DNA of 64,000 nucleotides from an uncultured bacterium (GTDB taxonomy: Bacteria > Joyebacterota > Joyebacteria > Joyebacterales > Joyebacteraceae). This document shows, piece by piece, positions 1-10,194 of the stretch. The position numbers and the translations under genes were made by a program. Every line of letters starts with the position of its first letter. Position 1 is the first letter of the stretch. The stretch is taken from positions 13,091-77,090 of the forward strand of contig CAZAQL010000001.1 in NCBI GenBank assembly GCA_964487295.1, read 5' to 3'. The notes beneath the pieces are model-generated. The model was not told the DNA's origin. It worked only from the letters and a program-made list of their open reading frames with translations, and ran no database searches.

Positions 1-1202
1 AGAAGTGCCCGGCGAAGACCGACTCGGAGTTCGAGGAGGGGCTGGCGAAGCGCAAGGCCATCTACACGCCGTTCCCGCAGGCCGTGCCGAACAAGCCCGT
101 GCTCGATGCCGAGCACTGCCTCTACATGCAGAGCGGCAAGTGCGGCATCTGCGCGAAGATCTGCCCGGTCGACGCGGTCGACTATGAGCAGAAGGACGAG
201 ATCGTGGAGGAGGAGGTCGGCGCCATCGTCGTCGCGACGGGCTACGACCTCTATCCCGTTGTGAACATCGGCGAGTACGGCGGCGGCAGGCTCAAGGACG
301 TTGTGACGAGCCTCCAGTTCGAGCGGCTGCTCTCCGCGTCCGGTCCGACGAGCGGCGAGGTGCGCAGGCCCTCGGACGGCAAGGTGCCGAAGGAGGTCGT
401 GTTCCTCACCTGCGTCGGCTCGCGCGATCCCGAGAGCCACATGCCCTACTGCTCCAAGATCTGCTGCATGTATCTGACCAAGCACGCGATGCTCTACAAG
501 CACAACGTGCACGACGGTCAGGCCTACCTCTTCTACATGGACGTCCGGACCGGCGGGAAGGGGTACGAGGAGTTCTACCAGCGAGCGACGGAGGAGGACG
601 ACGTTCTCTACATCCGGGGCAAGGTCTCGAAGCTCTTCGAGGAGGACGGCAAGGTCATCGTCTGGGGCGTCGACACGCTGACGGGCCAGAAGGTCGAGGT
701 CGCGGCCGACATGGTCGTGCTCGGCCTCGCGATGGTCCCGAACACAGCCGCCCTCGAGCTCGCGAAGAAGCTCAAGATACAGGTCAACGAGTGGGGCTTC
801 CTTTCGGAGGCTCACCCGAAGCTCAGGCCCGTCGAGAGCCTCGCGCCCGGCTTCTATCTCGCCGGCGCCGCGCAGGGGCCGAAGGACATTCCGGACGCCG
901 TGGCTCAGGCGTCGGGCGCCGCGAGCAAGGTCGCGTCGCTCTTCGCCGAGAAGGAGTACCACCGAGAGCCGATCATCGCGTTCGTCGACGAGGACGATTG
1001 CGCGGGCTGTCGCGTGTGCGTCTCGGTCTGTCCGTACGATGCGGCCCAGTTCGACGAGGAGAAGAAGGTGGCGCACATCCAGGAGGCGATCTGCGAGGGC
1101 TGCGGCGCGTGCATCGCGGCGTGTCCGTCCGGATCCGTGACGCAGAAGAACCTCACCGACGACCAGCTTTTCCACATGGTCACGGCGGCCCTGGAGGACT
1201 GA
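1..1202 (+). CDS. hdrA: heterodisulfide reductase subunit A (HdrA), C-terminal part; 5' end lies upstream of the window
   Basis: Frame 3 is open from the window edge (..CPAKTDSEFEEGLAKRKAIYTPFPQAVPNKP..) to TGA at 1200-1202. Two CxxCxxCxxxCP ferredoxin motifs sit near the C-terminus (CAGCRVCVSVCP, CEGCGACIAACP). The overall layout is typical of HdrA. Confidence 0.85.
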   Translation, partial: KCPAKTDSEFEEGLAKRKAIYTPFPQAVPNKPVLDAEHCLYMQSGKCGICAKICPVDAVDYEQKDEIVEEEVGAIVVATGYDLYPVVNIGEYGGGRLKDVVTSLQFERLLSASGPTSGEVRRPSDGKVPKEVVFLTCVGSRDPESHMPYCSKICCMYLTKHAMLYKHNVHDGQAYLFYMDVRTGGKGYEEFYQRATEEDDVLYIRGKVSKLFEEDGKVIVWGVDTLTGQKVEVAADMVVLGLAMVPNTAALELAKKLKIQVNEWGFLSEAHPKLRPVESLAPGFYLAGAAQGPKDIPDAVAQASGAASKVASLFAEKEYHREPIIAFVDEDDCAGCRVCVSVCPYDAAQFDEEKKVAHIQEAICEGCGACIAACPSGSVTQKNLTDDQLFHMVTAALED

Positions 1203-1203
1203 T

Positions 1204-1776
1204 ATGTTCGAACCGAGAGTCATGTGCTTCTTCTGCAAGTGGTGCACCTATGCCGGCGCCGATCTCGCGGGGACATCACGCAAGCAGTACCCGCCGAACG
1301 GCGTCGCAGTGCGCGTCAACTGCAGCGGGCGCGTGGATCCGCAGCACATTCTGTGGGCGTTCAGGGAGGGGGCGGACGGCGTGCTGCTGGGAGGGTGTCA
1401 TCCTGGTGACTGCCACTACCAGGACGGCAACTACAACACGATGCGGAGACTGTCGCTCCTCAAACCGATGCTCAAGGAGCTCGGGATCAACCCCGACCGG
1501 GTCCGGCTCGAGTGGATCTCGGCGGCCGAGGGCGACAAGCTCGTGCGCGTGATGAATGAGTTCGTCGATCACATCCGCGAGCTCGGCCCGCTCACCGTCG
1601 ATCTGGGCGAGGATCTCGCGGGTGTGGAAGGTCCGCCGGGTGTCGCTGCCGCGACGCCGAAGCGGAAGCCGGTCGCCGGCAAGCCGGCGGCTGCCGCTCG
1701 CGCGGCAGCTAAGCCGAAGCCGAAGGCTTCGGCATCCAAGGGCAAGGGAAAGAGATCCACAGCGAAGACGAAGTAG
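1204..1776 (+). CDS. mvhD: MvhD/FlpD-type hydrogenase iron-sulfur (2Fe-2S) subunit with a K/A/P-rich C-terminal tail
   Basis: The Cys pattern CKWCTYAGADLAG..NCSGRVD..GGCHPGDCHY matches the MvhD family. The ATG lies 2 nt after the hdrA stop, with GGAGG 6 nt upstream. The last ~45 aa are a lysine/alanine/proline-rich low-complexity tail. Confidence 0.85.
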   Translation: MFEPRVMCFFCKWCTYAGADLAGTSRKQYPPNGVAVRVNCSGRVDPQHILWAFREGADGVLLGGCHPGDCHYQDGNYNTMRRLSLLKPMLKELGINPDRVRLEWISAAEGDKLVRVMNEFVDHIRELGPLTVDLGEDLAGVEGPPGVAAATPKRKPVAGKPAAAARAAAKPKPKASASKGKGKRSTAKTK

Positions 1777-1844
1777 CTTGAGGACGGACGGGGAGGGGTG
1801 ACAAGCCCTCACCCCCCGTCGGACGAACAGGAGGAATGCCTGCG

Positions 1845-2528
1845 ATGGCAGAGGACATGGTCACCATCCACGTGATGGGAAAGGCGTACGAGGTCCCCTC
1901 GAACCTCACCATCATGAAGGCGATGGAGTACGCCGGCTACCAGTTCATCAGAGGGTGTGGGTGCCGGGGGGCGTTCTGCGGAGCCTGCGGCACGGTCTAC
2001 CGCACGAAGGACGACTACCGGCTCAAGGTCGGGCTGGCGTGCCAGGAGATGGTGCAGGACGAGATGTACCTCGCGGAGATCCCGTTCTTCCCGGGGAACA
2101 AGGCGACGTACGATGTCGAGAAGCTCAAGCCGACCTCCGAGACGATCCTCAAGCACTACCCGGAGGTCTTCCGCTGTCTCGCCTGCAACGCGTGCACGAA
2201 GGCCTGTCCGCAGGACATCGAGGTGATGGAATACGTGCAGGCGGCGCTTCGCGGCGACATCGCCAAGGCGGCCGACCTGTCGTTCGACTGCCTGCTCTGC
2301 GGGCTCTGCGCGTCGCGCTGTCCGGCGGAGATCGTGCAGTACAACGTGGCCCTTCTGTGCCGCCGGCTCTACTCGAGCAAGGTCGCGCCGCGCGCGGAGC
2401 ATCTCGCAAAGCGCGTGAAGGAAGTGAAGAAGGGCAAGTTCGACAAGGAGATGGCGAAGCTCAAGAAGATGAAGAAGCCCCAGCTCGCGAAGCTGTATGC
2501 GGAGCGCGAGATCGAGCCGGCTGAGTAG
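1845..2528 (+). CDS. succinate dehydrogenase/fumarate reductase iron-sulfur subunit-like protein (2Fe-2S plus two 4Fe-4S motifs)
   Basis: CRGAFCGAC fits the C-x4-C-x2-C 2Fe-2S pattern. CLACNACTKACP and CLLCGLCASRCP are 4Fe-4S motifs. AGGAGG lies about 10 nt upstream of ATG 1845; the ORF is also open from ATG 1836. The C-terminus is K-rich. Confidence 0.75.
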   Translation: MAEDMVTIHVMGKAYEVPSNLTIMKAMEYAGYQFIRGCGCRGAFCGACGTVYRTKDDYRLKVGLACQEMVQDEMYLAEIPFFPGNKATYDVEKLKPTSETILKHYPEVFRCLACNACTKACPQDIEVMEYVQAALRGDIAKAADLSFDCLLCGLCASRCPAEIVQYNVALLCRRLYSSKVAPRAEHLAKRVKEVKKGKFDKEMAKLKKMKKPQLAKLYAEREIEPAE

Positions 2529-2539
2529 GAGGAGGGCGC

Positions 2540-4168
2540 GTGTACACCGGAAAGATGCTTGAATCGATGAAGCGCCTGGAGGCCACCCGCAACGAGCGGT
2601 TGGGTCAGGAGATCCCGCTTCTCTCCCCCGAGGCCAGGCAGGAGCTGCTCGAGGGGTTCCACCCGGATTTCAAGGACGACGTGTTCCGGACCCTCAAGGT
2701 GGGACCGTCGAAGGGCGACCGGGCGCCGAAGGAGCTGGTCGACGCGTTCGAGGCGTACAGCGCGATCGATCCGGCGAAGTTCGATCTGTCGGATGTCGAC
2801 CGTGATGTGGATGTTCTGATCATCGGCGGCGGCGGCGCGGGCGCCGCGGCCGCGCTGGTGGCGGCGGAGCACGGTGCGGACGTGCTGCTCGCCACGAAGC
2901 TCAGGCTCGGCGATTCGAACACCGTGATGGCGCAGGGCGGCATCCAGGGCGCCGACAAGGCGAACGACTCTCCGGCCATCCACTACCTGGACGTGATGGG
3001 CGGCGGGCGCTACTTCAACGACCCTGATCTCGTCGAGGCGCTCGTCACCGACGCGCCTGATGTCCTGGCCTGGCTCGAGAAGCTCGGCGTGATGTTCGAC
3101 AAGGAAGCCGACGGCACGATGATCTCGATCCACGGCGGCGGCACATCGCGCAAGCGCATGCACGCGGCGCGCGACTACACCGGCGCCGAGATCATGAAGA
3201 CTCTGAAGGACGAGGTGCTCAACCGCGAGATCCCCGTCATGGAGTTCGCCGCGGCCTACGAGCTTCTGACCGACGGCAAGAAGGTCACCGGCGCGATCCT
3301 CTACAACATGGAGACCGAGGGGTACCTGGTCGTCCGCGCCAAGACCGTCATCATCGCCACCGGCGGCAGCGGCAGGCTCCACGTCATGGGCTTTCCGACG
3401 AGCAACCACTACGGCGCCACGGCGGACGGCCTCGTGCTCGGTTACCGCGCGGGCGCTCCGCTCACCTTCATGGACACGATCCAGTACCATCCGACGGGCG
3501 CCGCATACCCCGAGCAGATCCTGGGGCTCCTGGTGACCGAGAAGGTCCGCGGCATCGGCGGGCAGATCGTGAACGATGAAGGCAACCGGTTCATCTACGA
3601 GCTCGAGACGCGCGACGTCGAGGCCGCGGCGATCATCCGCGAGTGTCTCGGCCGCAAGAAGGGCGTCACGACGCCGTCCGGTCAGCCCGCGGTCTGGCTC
3701 GACACGCCGATCATCGACGTGATGCACGGCGAGGGCACGATCAGATCGCGCATCCCGGCGATGTACCGGCAGTACGAACGGTTCGGGATCGACATGACGA
3801 AGGTCCCGATCCTCATCTACCCGACGCAGCACTACCAGAACGGCGGACTCACGATCGACGCGACCGGCGAGACGAAGGTGAAGAACCTCTTCGCAGCCGG
3901 CGAGGTCGCGGGTGGCATCCACGGGCGGAATCGCCTGATGGGCAACTCGCTCCTGGACGTCGTCGTCTACGGCCGGCGCGCCGGAGAGGCGGCGGCCGAG
4001 CGGGCCGCGGGGATGAAGAAGGCCGGGAGGATGACGCTTCAGCATCTCGAGAAGTTCCACAAGGATCTCAAGGCGGCGCGCGTCGGCAAGGGGCGGGTGG
4101 CGCCCGTCCTGCTGCCGGAGTACCGCCGCACGGAGACCGTCGATCACCGTATCGGCGCTCTCGACTAG
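2540..4168 (+). CDS. FAD-dependent oxidoreductase of the SdhA/FrdA flavoprotein family (non-covalent-FAD type)
   Basis: GGGGAGAAAA is a dinucleotide-binding fold. HPTG and HYQNGG are catalytic-domain signatures of the SdhA/FrdA/L-aspartate oxidase family. Ser (SNTVMAQGG) occupies the position of the covalent-FAD histidine of SdhA. GTG start with AGGAGGAGGG upstream. There is an unusual ~85-aa N-terminal extension. Confidence 0.8.
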   Translation: MYTGKMLESMKRLEATRNERLGQEIPLLSPEARQELLEGFHPDFKDDVFRTLKVGPSKGDRAPKELVDAFEAYSAIDPAKFDLSDVDRDVDVLIIGGGGAGAAAALVAAEHGADVLLATKLRLGDSNTVMAQGGIQGADKANDSPAIHYLDVMGGGRYFNDPDLVEALVTDAPDVLAWLEKLGVMFDKEADGTMISIHGGGTSRKRMHAARDYTGAEIMKTLKDEVLNREIPVMEFAAAYELLTDGKKVTGAILYNMETEGYLVVRAKTVIIATGGSGRLHVMGFPTSNHYGATADGLVLGYRAGAPLTFMDTIQYHPTGAAYPEQILGLLVTEKVRGIGGQIVNDEGNRFIYELETRDVEAAAIIRECLGRKKGVTTPSGQPAVWLDTPIIDVMHGEGTIRSRIPAMYRQYERFGIDMTKVPILIYPTQHYQNGGLTIDATGETKVKNLFAAGEVAGGIHGRNRLMGNSLLDVVVYGRRAGEAAAERAAGMKKAGRMTLQHLEKFHKDLKAARVGKGRVAPVLLPEYRRTETVDHRIGALD

Positions 4169-4317
4169 CAGAGACGAATCCGGCCGGGTGTGGCGACTGC
4201 GCCGCCCGCCCGAGCCGGGGCTCTGTCTCGGCGCCGGTCCGGCTCCGCCCGCCGTTGAGACGGCAGTGCGGCCTTCGACGAACGCCGGCTCGACGCCGGC
4301 GAGGGGGTGAGGAAGGG

Positions 4318-4800
4318 ATGAGGGCATTGATCCTGGGGCTCGGAGATCCGGGTCTTGCGGGAGAGCGGGTCGGACTCGAGGTGGCGCGGGAGCTCCATTC
4401 CACGCTGGATGATCCCGAGGTCGACATCATCGAGACGAGGGTCTCGGGAATCGACCTGTTCGAGATCGTCGCCGGGTACGACAAGGTCGTCATCGTCGAC
4501 TGCGTCCGAACGGGCGAGGGCGGTTTCGGGGAACTCTGCCGTCTCGGGCTCGACGACCTCGAGCTGGTTCCGAAACGGAAGGCCGATCACGGCGTGGAGT
4601 ACAGAGCCAAGATAGAGATCGACGGCGTCTCCGACCTGGCCATGCCGGGCGAGATCTCCGTCTATGCCATCGAGGTGACCGACGACGTCGCCGATGGCCC
4701 GGATCTGAAACCTGTCGCGCGCGAGGCGGTTCTCAGGCTCGTCGATGAGATCGCACGCGAGGAGTTCGGCGGCAGGATGCGAGAAAGCGGGTGGTACTGA
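4318..4800 (+). CDS. hydrogenase maturation (C-terminal processing) protease, HycI/HyaD family
   Basis: 160 aa. The N-terminus MRALILGLGDPGLAGERVGLEV matches the conserved LvlGiGN..gDdGvG signature of this protease family. GAGG-like RBS upstream. The longer track ORF 3643..4800 is an antisense read-through of the flavoprotein gene. Confidence 0.7.
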   Translation: MRALILGLGDPGLAGERVGLEVARELHSTLDDPEVDIIETRVSGIDLFEIVAGYDKVVIVDCVRTGEGGFGELCRLGLDDLELVPKRKADHGVEYRAKIEIDGVSDLAMPGEISVYAIEVTDDVADGPDLKPVAREAVLRLVDEIAREEFGGRMRESGWY

Positions 4801-4818
4801 GGCAGAACGCAGCTTCAC

Positions 4819-6192
4819 ATGAAGGAGGGCTTTCCCTTGGCAGAGGAGAAGCGGCTCACGAAGGAAGAACTGGTCAAGAAGGCTGAGAAGCCGAGTCACG
4901 ACGCCATGGTGCTGCACCCGTTCTACGGGGGCAAGTACCAGGTCGTCCCGAAGTGCGTCATCCGCAGCCTGGATGACTTCTCCATCTGGTACACCCCGGG
5001 CGTAGCGGCGCCCTGCAAGGACATCCACGCTCACCCCGAGGCCGTCTACGAGCACACGAACAAGAAGAACACCATCGCCGTCGTGACCGACGGCACGCGC
5101 GTGCTGGGGCTCGGAGACATCGGTCCGCACGCCAGCCTCCCGGTCATGGAGGGCAAGGCTCTCCTTTTCAAGTACCTGGGCGGCGTCGACGCCGTGCCCA
5201 TCGCCGTCGACACGAAGGACCCGGACGTCCTGATCGAGACAACGAAGCTCATCAGCCCCGCGTTCGGGGGGATCAACCTCGAGGACATATCGCAGCCGAA
5301 GTGCTTCCGCGTTCTCGAGGAGGTACGCGCCGCGCTCGACATCCCCGTCTGGCACGACGACCAGCAGGGGACGGCGGCCATCACCGTGGCGGGCGCCATC
5401 AACGCCGTCAAGGTCGTCGGCAAGGAGTTCGACAAGGTCAGGATCGCGATGATCGGCGCGGGAGCGTCCAACGTCCGGATCGCGCACCTTCTGATCAGCG
5501 CGGGCGCCGACCCCGGCAAGATCATCATGTGCGACAGCCGCGGCACGCTCCACGAGGGCAGGAAGAACGACTTCCTGCCGGACTACAAGGAGAAGTGGGA
5601 GCTCGCGCAGCTGACGAACGAGGCGAACCTGGACGGTGACCCGGGCGACGCCTGCAAGGGCGCCGACATGCTCATCGCGCTCTCGAAGCCGGGTCCCGAC
5701 ACGGTCAAGAAGGAGTGGATCGAGGCCATGGCGAAGGACGCCATCGTCTTCGTCTGCGCCAATCCCGTTCCGGAGATCTGGCCGTGGGAGGCGAAGGACG
5801 CGGGAGCCCGGATCGTGGCGACGGGCCGCTCCGACTTCCCGAACCAGGTCAACAACTCCCTCGGATTCCCGGCCATCTTCCGGGGCGCGCTCGACGTCAT
5901 GGCGAAGACCATCACGGACGAGATGTGCATCGCGGCCGCCGAGGAGATCGCGCAGTGCGCCGAGGACAAGGGGCTTCGCGAGGACTACATCGTTCCGGCC
6001 ATGACCGAGTGGGAGACCTTCCCGCGGGAGGCCGTGGCCGTCGGAATGAAGGCTATCGAACAGGGCGTCGCGCGTGTTAGCATCTCGCGCGAGGATCTCT
6101 ACAAGATGGCCGAGGCGAAGATCAGGGAGGCGAGAGAGCAGGCCCACGTTCTTATGAGGGAGGGCCTCATACCTCCTGCGCCGGAGCTCTAG
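4819..6192 (+). CDS. NAD(P)-dependent malic enzyme
   Basis: Strong malic-enzyme signatures: GPHASLPVMEGKALLFKYLGGVDAVPI, NLEDISQPKCF, and an NAD-binding GAGASNV segment. 457 aa. Confidence 0.85.
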   Translation: MKEGFPLAEEKRLTKEELVKKAEKPSHDAMVLHPFYGGKYQVVPKCVIRSLDDFSIWYTPGVAAPCKDIHAHPEAVYEHTNKKNTIAVVTDGTRVLGLGDIGPHASLPVMEGKALLFKYLGGVDAVPIAVDTKDPDVLIETTKLISPAFGGINLEDISQPKCFRVLEEVRAALDIPVWHDDQQGTAAITVAGAINAVKVVGKEFDKVRIAMIGAGASNVRIAHLLISAGADPGKIIMCDSRGTLHEGRKNDFLPDYKEKWELAQLTNEANLDGDPGDACKGADMLIALSKPGPDTVKKEWIEAMAKDAIVFVCANPVPEIWPWEAKDAGARIVATGRSDFPNQVNNSLGFPAIFRGALDVMAKTITDEMCIAAAEEIAQCAEDKGLREDYIVPAMTEWETFPREAVAVGMKAIEQGVARVSISREDLYKMAEAKIREAREQAHVLMREGLIPPAPEL

Positions 6193-6215
6193 GAAGCACG
6201 CACACTCCAGAGATC

Positions 6216-6243
6216 GCACGGGCGGCCGCCCGGCCGCCCGTGC
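6216..6243 (+). terminator. GC-rich hairpin downstream of malic enzyme (11-bp stem, no U tract)
   Basis: GCACGGGCGGC / GCCGCCCGTGC perfect inverted repeat with a 6-nt loop, 24 nt after the stop. Confidence 0.4.
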
Positions 6244-6266
6244 GGTCTCGGAATCCCGGGTTCCGC

Positions 6267-6866
6267 ATGACTGAAGAGCTGCATCCTACCGACACCGAGC
6301 TCGTGACCGCCGCGAAGAACGGCGACAATGAGGCCTTCGGCCAACTCGTCGAGCGGCACGAGGCGAACGTCTACGGTCTCTGTCTCAAGATGCTCAAGAA
6401 CCCCGAGGACGCCGAGGACTGCCTCCAGGAGGTCTTCGTCAAGGCGTACAAGGCGCTTCCCGGTTTTCGCGAGGAGGCGCGGTTCTCCACCTGGATCTAC
6501 CGGATCGCGACCAATGCCGCCCTCATGCGCATCCGCAAGAAGAAGCTCGATACGGTGTCCCTCGACCAGCCGGTCGAGCTCGGAGAGACGAAGGTCCCGC
6601 GCGAGGTCGCGGACTGGACCACCGATCCCTCGACCAACGTCATGAACGATGAGCTCTCCGCCGTGCTCACTCAGCACATCAACGACCTTCCGCCCAACAA
6701 CAGGATCGTGTTCGTGCTCCGGGACGTGCACGGTCTCTCGACCGACGAGACGGCCGGCGTGCTCGGGCTGACCGCCCCGGCGGTCAAGTCGAGGCTGCAC
6801 CGGGCCAGGCTGTTTTTGCGCGAGCGCCTGTCGGAGTACTACGCTCGTGGAGGGCCCCCCGCGTGA
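6267..6866 (+). CDS. RNA polymerase ECF sigma factor (sigma-70 family, regions 2 and 4)
   Basis: Region 2 (FGQLVERHEANVYGLCLKML..EDCLQEVFVKAY..FSTWIYRIATN) and region 4 (RIVFVLRDVHGLSTDETAGVLGLTAPAVKSRLHRAR). ORF open from GTG 6240; ATG 6267 chosen as start. Confidence 0.8.
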   Translation: MTEELHPTDTELVTAAKNGDNEAFGQLVERHEANVYGLCLKMLKNPEDAEDCLQEVFVKAYKALPGFREEARFSTWIYRIATNAALMRIRKKKLDTVSLDQPVELGETKVPREVADWTTDPSTNVMNDELSAVLTQHINDLPPNNRIVFVLRDVHGLSTDETAGVLGLTAPAVKSRLHRARLFLRERLSEYYARGGPPA

Positions 6867-6943
6867 CACGTGAATCGTTCTGCGCGGTTCTGAATCGAAA
6901 GTGTGTTGCACAATCACTCAATCGGCAGCAAGGAGGACGCAGA

Positions 6944-8884
<1,941 letters not shown>

Positions 8885-8997
8885 GTCAACGAACCAGACG
8901 CGGAGCTTCCACCGCCAGCGATCTAGGGCGCGGTATGCGGGTCGCACCGGACACCCATGAAGCGGTGAAGCCATGCGTCGCAAGCGGGTGAGACACC

Positions 8998-9249
8998 ATG
9001 GACGAGAAGCACGATTGCGAAGGCTGTCTGGAGTTCCTTGAGGTCCTCTCGGAGTACTACGACGGGGAGCTCGACGAGGCGATCGCCACCAGGCTCGAGC
9101 TGCACATGCGAGAGTGCAAGCGGTGCGAGGCGGTCGTGCGGACGTTCAGGCAGACCATCGTGCACTACACGACGACCCGCTGTCGGAAGGTGCCTTCGAA
9201 CGTGCACCAGGGGCTCATGAACGCCCTCAGGAAGTGCATGGAGGAGTAG
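8998..9249 (+). CDS. ZAS-type (zf-HC2) anti-sigma factor, small cytoplasmic
   Basis: 83 aa with the HMRECKRC (H-x3-C-x2-C) zinc motif plus an upstream CEGC. Lies downstream of the ECF sigma gene, with the S9 peptidase between them. Confidence 0.6.
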   Translation: MDEKHDCEGCLEFLEVLSEYYDGELDEAIATRLELHMRECKRCEAVVRTFRQTIVHYTTTRCRKVPSNVHQGLMNALRKCMEE

Positions 9250-9308
9250 CGGGCTCGGCGGCGGTGAGCCGGGCGCCCCGGCCTCACTCCGGCGAAGCAA
9301 TGCGAGAG

Positions 9309-9350
9309 ACGCCCCGCGGGTCCCCGGACCCGCGGGGCGTTGCTTCTTCC
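9309..9350 (+). terminator. intrinsic terminator after anti-sigma gene
   Basis: ACGCCCCGCGGGTC / GACCCGCGGGGCGT 14-bp perfect stem with CCCG loop, followed by TGCTTCTTCC. Flanking AAGCAA/TTGCTT extends the structure. Confidence 0.5.
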
Positions 9351-9546
9351 CCGGCGCGCTGCGCCGCCCGGAGCGAGCCGCTGCGTCCGCCAGGACCCTC
9401 GCGGCGTCGCGTTTTTCCGCGACCGATCTTCGCGATTCGCATCGAAAGGGATGAGCGGTGGATGTCCGGAAGCGCGGGCTCGGCCGCTCTCTGAGCGTGA
9501 GCAGTTGTTCACATCGACCTCAGGACGGAAGGGAGGTGTTGGTTCA

Positions 9547-10002
9547 ATGGAACTCGTCAAATGGAGGCCGAGAAAGGACGTTCTGAGCGTCCACGATGAG
9601 CTCGATCGTGCTATGGATCGGCTCCTCCGGGGCTGGGTGCCCGCCAACTCCTACGCCGGCCTCGACTGGAGCCCGAGCGTCGACATCGCCGAGAGCGACG
9701 ACCGGTTCGTGGTGAAGGCCGAGGTGCCCGGCGTCGACAAGGACGACATCGAGATCAGTCTCGTCGACGGCAACCTCGTCATTCAGGGAGAGAAGAAGCA
9801 GGAGAGTGAGGAAGAGGGCAGGAACTTCTATCGGGTGGAGCGCAGCTACGGCTCGTTCAAGCGCGTCTTCGCCCTGCCCGCCCGCGTCGACATGGACCAG
9901 GTCAAGGCGTCCTACGAGGACGGCGTGCTCTCCGTCGTCATCCCGAAGTCCGGGGAGGCGAAGAGCAAGAAGATCCGGATCGAGAAGCCGGAGAAGGTCT
10001 AG
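9547..10002 (+). CDS. Hsp20/alpha-crystallin family small heat shock protein
   Basis: 151 aa. Alpha-crystallin domain strings: WSPSVDIAESDDRFVVKAEVPGVDKDDIEIS and GVLSVVIPK. GGGAGG RBS before ATG 9547. Confidence 0.85.
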   Translation: MELVKWRPRKDVLSVHDELDRAMDRLLRGWVPANSYAGLDWSPSVDIAESDDRFVVKAEVPGVDKDDIEISLVDGNLVIQGEKKQESEEEGRNFYRVERSYGSFKRVFALPARVDMDQVKASYEDGVLSVVIPKSGEAKSKKIRIEKPEKV

Positions 10003-10085
10003 GCCGAATCCCGGTCCGAGGGCCGGGTGGCGTCCGGCGGTTCGCGTCGGACGTCGGACCCGCCCGAGGACGGTCGACAACTGAG

Positions 10086-10121
10086 AGGGGCGGCCTCGCG
10101 GCCGCCCCTTCCGCTTGTTTG
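10086..10121 (+). terminator. intrinsic terminator after hsp20
   Basis: AGGGGCGGCC / GGCCGCCCCT 10-bp stem with TCGC loop, followed by TCCGCTTGTTTG. Confidence 0.55.
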
Positions 10122-10194
10122 CGCCGCGCTCCGGGGCTAAGATGGTTTCAAGCAGCAGTGTCCGCGATGCGCCCGTCTCACGCAGGAGGTGATC

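Noticed and set aside
3643-4800. 385-aa ORF version of the hydrogenase maturation protease
   Set aside because: The upstream 225 aa are read-through antisense to the flavoprotein gene. The conserved protease N-terminus starts at ATG 4318.
4165-6219. 684-aa minus-strand ORF, the longest in this part of the window
   Set aside because: Exactly antisense to the malic enzyme gene, which has unambiguous family signatures. Its translation is R/L/D/G/V-rich with no motif and it has no RBS. A GC-driven mirror ORF.
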